DNA of 64,000 nt from Ruditapes philippinarum (lineage: Eukaryota). Below, piece after piece: positions 58,401 to 64,000 of the stretch (its first letter is position 1; the number at the start of each line of letters is the position of its first letter). The stretch spans positions 1,116,001 through 1,180,000 of the forward strand of contig NW_026865484.1 in assembly GCF_026571515.1 (NCBI RefSeq). The letters are read 5' to 3'. The notes below the pieces were generated by a model that saw only the letters and a list, made by a program, of their open reading frames with translations, was not told the DNA's origin and ran no database searches. The translations under genes were made by a program, and so were the position numbers.

Positions 58401-61400
58401 TATGAAGTTCACCACGACCACAAGGCCATTATGCAAAAAGTACGACCTTTATGAGAAAACTCGGTTATTATGAGATTGGAGAATTTTGATTGGCTCTCCA
58501 GCTCGACTATTATGAATCTGCCTTTTTTTTTTCATTGAAAAAAGTCGCCATTTTTAATTTCTGCGAGGTAGGTTTCCGAAACATTTTTAAAACAAGAATC
58601 TCATTTGCAATACCTCACAACAACGGAATTTCACATAAGTTATTTTTTGCAGAGACATAGATAACATGTTTTCTATGTCTCTGTTTTTGTTCACTAAGTA
58701 CTTAACTTTTTTAGATAAGGTGTAGTTAATTAATAAAATTGTCATAATAATGGTCTTTTTATTGGACTGAAGACTGTCATATTAGACAAAGGCCATAGGC
58801 TAAAGGCTAATATGACAGTCGAAAGCCCAATAACAAGGTCATTATGAAAACATTATACATAGTATTATGTATTATAACCAAGAAGTTGTTGATATTATTA
58901 ATTCAATCACGTAGGACTGTTAAACATAAGGGCAGTACTAATGTAGTTGTTGTAAGTCTTACCTCAAAATAATTTGTAAAGTTGTCTGGTAGAGGAGAAC
59001 GATATATATATCGATAAGCATCCATTAGTTTGGTCACGTGGTCTGGTGATACTGGAAGTGACAAATTCATATCCGCCGGAAGTCGCCAGTTTGAATCTAC
59101 CTCATTCTGGTGAATTGAATAAAAACATACCATATATTTCATTTTGAATTTAGTGTATAGACTATATATTATATAGAGGACAGTCGTAAGTGTAGATTTA
59201 ATACGTATGTATTGAACAAGCTGAACAAAATTTAACGTGCATTATGCGAACCTCAGGCGTTAACCAACGAAGTCAGAAAAAGGCTTCAACGTTTATCACG
59301 AGACATCAAACTCCTCATGGGACGCTCATATGTACCGGAAGTGGTTAATTTTAAAATGTTTTATCTACCATTGAGGTAGTAAATCTAAAAAGGCAATCAC
59401 ACACAAAAGAAATCGAACGAAAATTCATTTAAGCATATGATAGGACCATCTTTTATTGGAAATTTTATATGTTGACATAAAAGGTTAAGAAAATAAAGGC
59501 GAGTTAATAACATATACATGTACTTGGATATATAGATTATGTTATTATTGAAATCTATATTCCTGCGGGCACCAACCAAGATGTTCGATTTTTCCATTAC
59601 ATTTTTATGTATTGAAACAATACCCACGGTGACTAAATATTTAATTTTCACTTGAATATGAATATACTTTCGATTGAACATTCTAAATGTAAATAAACTT
59701 AGCAGGAGTCATACCAAATTTCCCTTTAACGACAACTCAAGTGTTTTCAAAGCAAACTTGTTCTATACTCGGAGATGTAAAATTACCACCAAAACAAACA
59801 CGTTAAAGCAATAGAAATTTATAATAACCCCATGATTAAATATTTGTATTTCAACATCAGACACTAGTTGAAAATAAAGTGTATATGATTTTCTTAATAA
59901 AGATGAATGAAAGAGGATCCATAAATATATAAAACTAGAAATGTGTGAAAAGGACACTGGTGTCCCTAATAAATTTGCCTTTCACAATGACATATTTACA
60001 GACTTATGCATGTTTCATAAAGATCAAGTGTTATATAAGTAAGTAATTTATATACATATACATGTAAATAAATAGTATTACAACTAATAAGTTTTAAAAA
60101 CCTATGACTAAGAAAACTTTAGTCATTATTGATAAGATCAAGTGTCACGCGCTGTGACCTGTAAATGAATTGAGGCCATCTTTTGGTCATGGGCAATATT
60201 CCCCCTTAATTTTAGCAAACTTAGGCGTATTCCTTCTCAAGTTACTGATCGAACAAGGATTGTACACAAACTGTTACTGTGACCTTGAACTTTGACCTTA
60301 TGATCTCAAAATAGGTAGTGGTCATTTACTTTCCATGGGCAATTTTTCCTACCAATTTACATAATTCATTGCTTATTGCTTCTCAAGTTATTGATCAGAC
60401 AATGATTTTACACAAAGGAAGTCTATCACTGTGACCTTGACATTTGACACAATGACCTGAAATTAAATATGAGTCACCTTCTGCTTATGGTTAATATCGC
60501 TTCTAACGTACATAGAGCCAGCTTATATCATGTTAAATAGATAAAAGGACGTACTTATATACCGACAAACCACCCAATTATAGTACACGCTTTCCTCTTT
60601 TATTTGGGACAGTAAAAACCTTACTTACCTCGAAATAGTTTTCAAAGTCTTCGGTAAAGCAGGAAATTCTGAGTTCGTCATTTATGTTGCTTCTCTGAAT
60701 ATGCAGACGATCAGCAAGTCCTGTATCTATGTTCTTTAAACGACTGCACAAATCCTGTAAAACAGTTTTCAATATTCATATTGTATTCATTAAAATTCCC
60801 CGTTCATAGAGACTCGTCTGGATTGCAATGGCACCGAACACTTAACAAAACAATCGATTTGATAAATATAAAACAACAACAACAACAAAACAACAACAAT
60901 CCCACCCTCTGAAGAAAAAAAAACTCAACAAACAAAACATTATCAAACATTTGATCAGTAATATCTATAATGTATGTATTTTACTCTTTGGTGTTTTGAG
61001 ATCTAAAATTATTAGTACAGTTTGTCTCACTGAATGAAATTAGATGTGTTACATAAGAAATTATAGCCATTGTCTTATTACCCTAACACTTGTCCAAATT
61101 TACACGTAGACTTATCGTCCATCCCAAAAGATATCAGTTATAAAAATCAATCAATTTGAAACAACTGGCAAAAAATATATTGTAATTGTCAGAAGGGCCA
61201 ACTTTCTAAGGGCCATGTCGACCCTTGTGCTTTTTATAAACAACTACAGCATCATGTAAATATTGTAAATTTATTTGTTATATTTTGTCTTATGTTCGCA
61301 TGTGACATTGTATCTGTTTTTTGTATATAGAAAGAAAAATAAGCAATAAAATAGACAAAAAATTGCTTAAGTCTTCATCCTGCCATTATAACCTTATTTT

Positions 61401-63825
61401 TCATGATCAGATAATCCTTTCTAATTTTTCAAAGCAATAAATCTTACCTTAAATGCTATTTGAGCTGAATCTGTGTTCAAATCTAAATGTTTGTCATACT
61501 GGGGCTTTCCAAAACAGAATTCAGCAGACTTCTGATCACACGAGCTTATATCCGCCGGAAGTATACCCCATATCAAATAGAGGCGCTGATACTCGTCATC
61601 TTGGTTTCTGAGGAAAGAAAAATAGTGCCTGTCCGTTGCTTTGGCATAATTGTGTGTACTTCGAAATAGGCGCAGCTGAAAACAGATATATACAATGTTG
61701 AAATAAAGATAAGAAATGAAGTAACGAATTTTTTTTTCGATGAAATTGTTTTCTTCAAGTTTAATGTCTCGAAGTTTTCCAATGCTAAGAATACCAAGTA
61801 AATAACTTTATATGATAAAATTAAAGTGTGTACTTTGTGAAGGATTATTTCATTTAAAATATATAACTATATGTAATAAACTACATGTATTCTACTATTG
61901 CTTAACATAAAATGTGTCAGAAGATTGTTTACAATTTAATGTATATATCTCATGTAATAAAGTTACCTGGTGCGTGTCGGGTTCAATCATGGTTGCTCTG
62001 TGAATGAAGAATATTGAAACGCCAAGAAATAATATGGGAAAAACGATTTTTACAACTCTTTTGGTCATAAAATCAAAGAATGTGTTCCTCAGAAATTTAA
62101 TTATTTTGTTGCGTTCTTCGAATGTTTTCTTTGGCTTCGATCTTTTTCGTCTAAAGTACTCCTCTCTTGCCGTTTCTGATTGGATTTTTTCCCAACTCAA
62201 AACAGATCCCGGTCCAACTTGTGATTCGGAATCGAATTCTTTTCGATCTCCTTCATCTATGGTGACAGACACTTCCGGTTGAATCTCACGTGATACATTT
62301 ATCTTTTCCATTCGTGGCGTACTGGAATGATCGGGGGAACTTAGACTTGAGATATTTGGAAGAAATTTGCTGTTTGATATTACATATTTTCTCGGACTGC
62401 TGTCTAATGCGATACTTTCTGCACTAGAACCAGGTATTAAGGCACGTGCACTATTTGTTTCTGATAGAGAATTTGTGTCAGTATTTGGTGAATGTTTATC
62501 AGCTTCATCAAAGTGCGGCAGTCTTTCTGCTAAACAAATTGAAAGCAAAAAGCGATGAAAGCGCCTCCACAGATTTTTTGTTTTGGTATGATGAATTATT
62601 ATTATTGATGGGAAATAAAGTATTACCCATGCATAGTTGACTACCACTAGACATCCAGTAAATATTCCAAACGTTTTCACTGGTAACAAGGGGGATAATC
62701 CACTGACAAGGAAAGCCATAGCAGTAGTCAGTGACGTAACAAAAGTTGTTTTCGCTGCTTTCCGGAAACAATCAGAGAGTCTATGTGCGTCACTCGGGTA
62801 TTTCGTATGTCCCGTGAGCCGCCACGTGTCGTAGAAAACAAACAAATCATCAGCACCAATACCAAGAATAAGAAATATCGCAATAACATGAAAAAATCCA
62901 AAATATATAAACTGAAAGACATAGCGGTACACGAGATTTGTTAAGAGAAAACTTGAAAGAATGCTTAACACTCCAAGACTAGTTACAACTATGCTCCCTG
63001 TTTGGAAACACATGAACAAGAAAATGAACAGAACACTTCCGATCGCAAGCTTAATATCAGTTAAGGCTTGCATGACTAGATCATGTTGGTAAAGCAATTT
63101 ACTTAGATAATACACATCCAAACGTTCCACTAAGTAAAAATCACGTATATTCTCGACTTTAGGTTTGAATGTATCAGCAAGGTAATTTTGGATGTCTTTC
63201 TCCGTGCCACGTCTACTCCAAGTGAAAAGTGGCCAGCCAATAAACAAGAAGGAACGGGTGATAGAGGTGTAACTGTAGTTTCCATTTATCACACTGTCTT
63301 TACCCAGAAATAATTTCAAATAATCTTTGGTTTCATTATAAATAGAAGCTTTGTATAAAACCTCATTGATGTTGCTAAAATTTCTGTCATAGAAAACTGT
63401 ATCAATATTAGAATATGTCCCGTCAAATAACCTTATCAGCGACTGTGGTTTTATACAATTATGATTATGATCAAGTAAGCAAAAATCTTCCTGAAATTTT
63501 ACTTCGTTGAAAAGTCTATCTTCTGCTGTTTTTATCCAACTTAAGTGCGCTTGCGTCAGAATGTTTACTTTTGGTTTCTCATATATTATTTCAACCGTAT
63601 CCTTAATTGAACCCCTGTACCCAGTGTTTATATTATAACCATACACTGGTCTGTAAATGTAGCTATCAAAATTTGTCCTCGATCGCCATGACAGTTCCTT
63701 CAGACGGACATCATTGTATATATAGAGCGGCAAATCGTCGAAAACGGCGGGAAATACGTCATATCCGGTGAAAACGAGTCCTAGTGTAATGCCGATGATA
63801 GCTGAATGTATTAATGTTACTGCGA
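55450..63825 (-). CDS. Dispatched-family (Patched/RND, sterol-sensing domain) multipass membrane protein, 5' exon(s) outside window
   Basis: Phase-consistent exons 63825-61967, 61675-61448, 60754-60629, 59106-58963, 58212-58083, 57397-57270, 56928-56851, 56443-56273, 55983-55450. SSD with FLILGIGADDLFVFYDTW and FVTSLTTAMAF; second repeat with GWKLGVLESI, VGLSVDYIVHLAEAY and GLSVISGAITT. Confidence 0.92.
57533..57769. mobile_element. Palindromic MITE (full copy), intronic
   Basis: Same family as 37264 and 43996. Confidence 0.92.
58395..58855. mobile_element. Hairpin-terminated non-autonomous element (Crypton-like), intronic
   Basis: Hairpin ATAATG..TTATTGG..GACTGTCATATTAG / CTAATATGACAGTC..CCAATAA..CATTAT at ~58747-58846, with a partial direct copy of the right arm at ~58394-58432. 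Confidence 0.45.
60135..60510 (-). repeat. Decayed HINE-like tandem units
   Basis: CTGTGACCTTGA..TTTGAC and TTCTCAAGTTA.TGATC motifs repeated 2-3 times. Confidence 0.55.
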
Positions 63826-64000
63826 CTGAAAGAGATTTAGTAAATACAATGTACACGGGCTCATCATAATTGTGTGCTTTTCATATTAAAAAGAATAAAC
63901 GGAACAAGTTACGCTACATTTAATTTTGGTTTGTGACAGAATCCTTTAAAAAAATGGATTCCATTCTGCATAATCGTAATCTAGCTAGTCATAATATTAT

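Noticed and set aside
63826-63856. GTG start of the 653-aa ORF as the true start
   Set aside because: A good acceptor (CTCTTTCAG) at 63826-63834 indicates an internal exon; the ORF tail beyond 61967 is also intronic.

Overview
AT-rich eukaryotic genomic DNA with spliceosomal introns. The repeat content (MetaSINE-like SINE, HINE/Helentron-like elements, palindromic MITEs) suggests a bivalve mollusc; this is an inference. Host genes, in order: (1) an intronless Mab-21/cGAS-like receptor ORF on the minus strand (1-1603, running off the left edge), apparently antisense within an intron of the next gene; (2) a multi-exon RCC1-repeat gene resembling claret/GLO-4 (+, 4410-24454, 5' part outside the window); (3) intronless tubulin cofactor C (TBCC, -); (4) a small orphan ORF with a myristoylation-type N-terminus (-); (5) a peripherin-2/ROM1-like tetraspanin (+) with what look like three alternative phase-1 terminal exons, one a ~470-aa SPKK-repeat basic tail; (6) a Dispatched-family RND/SSD membrane protein (-, 5' part outside the window). 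Introns and intergenic DNA hold many transposon remnants and tandem repeats. The most striking observation is a Ty3/Gypsy gag-protease fragment (~10365-11337) with near-saturating, strand-specific GA->AA hypermutation. It has 1 GA dinucleotide in 911 nt, no Asp/Glu codons, a Trp->TAA change and DTG->NTG, and the bias flips strand across an internal inversion. This is the footprint expected from an APOBEC/AID-like 5'-TC deaminase acting on retrotransposon cDNA in an invertebrate germline. All exon models and counts were made by eye.
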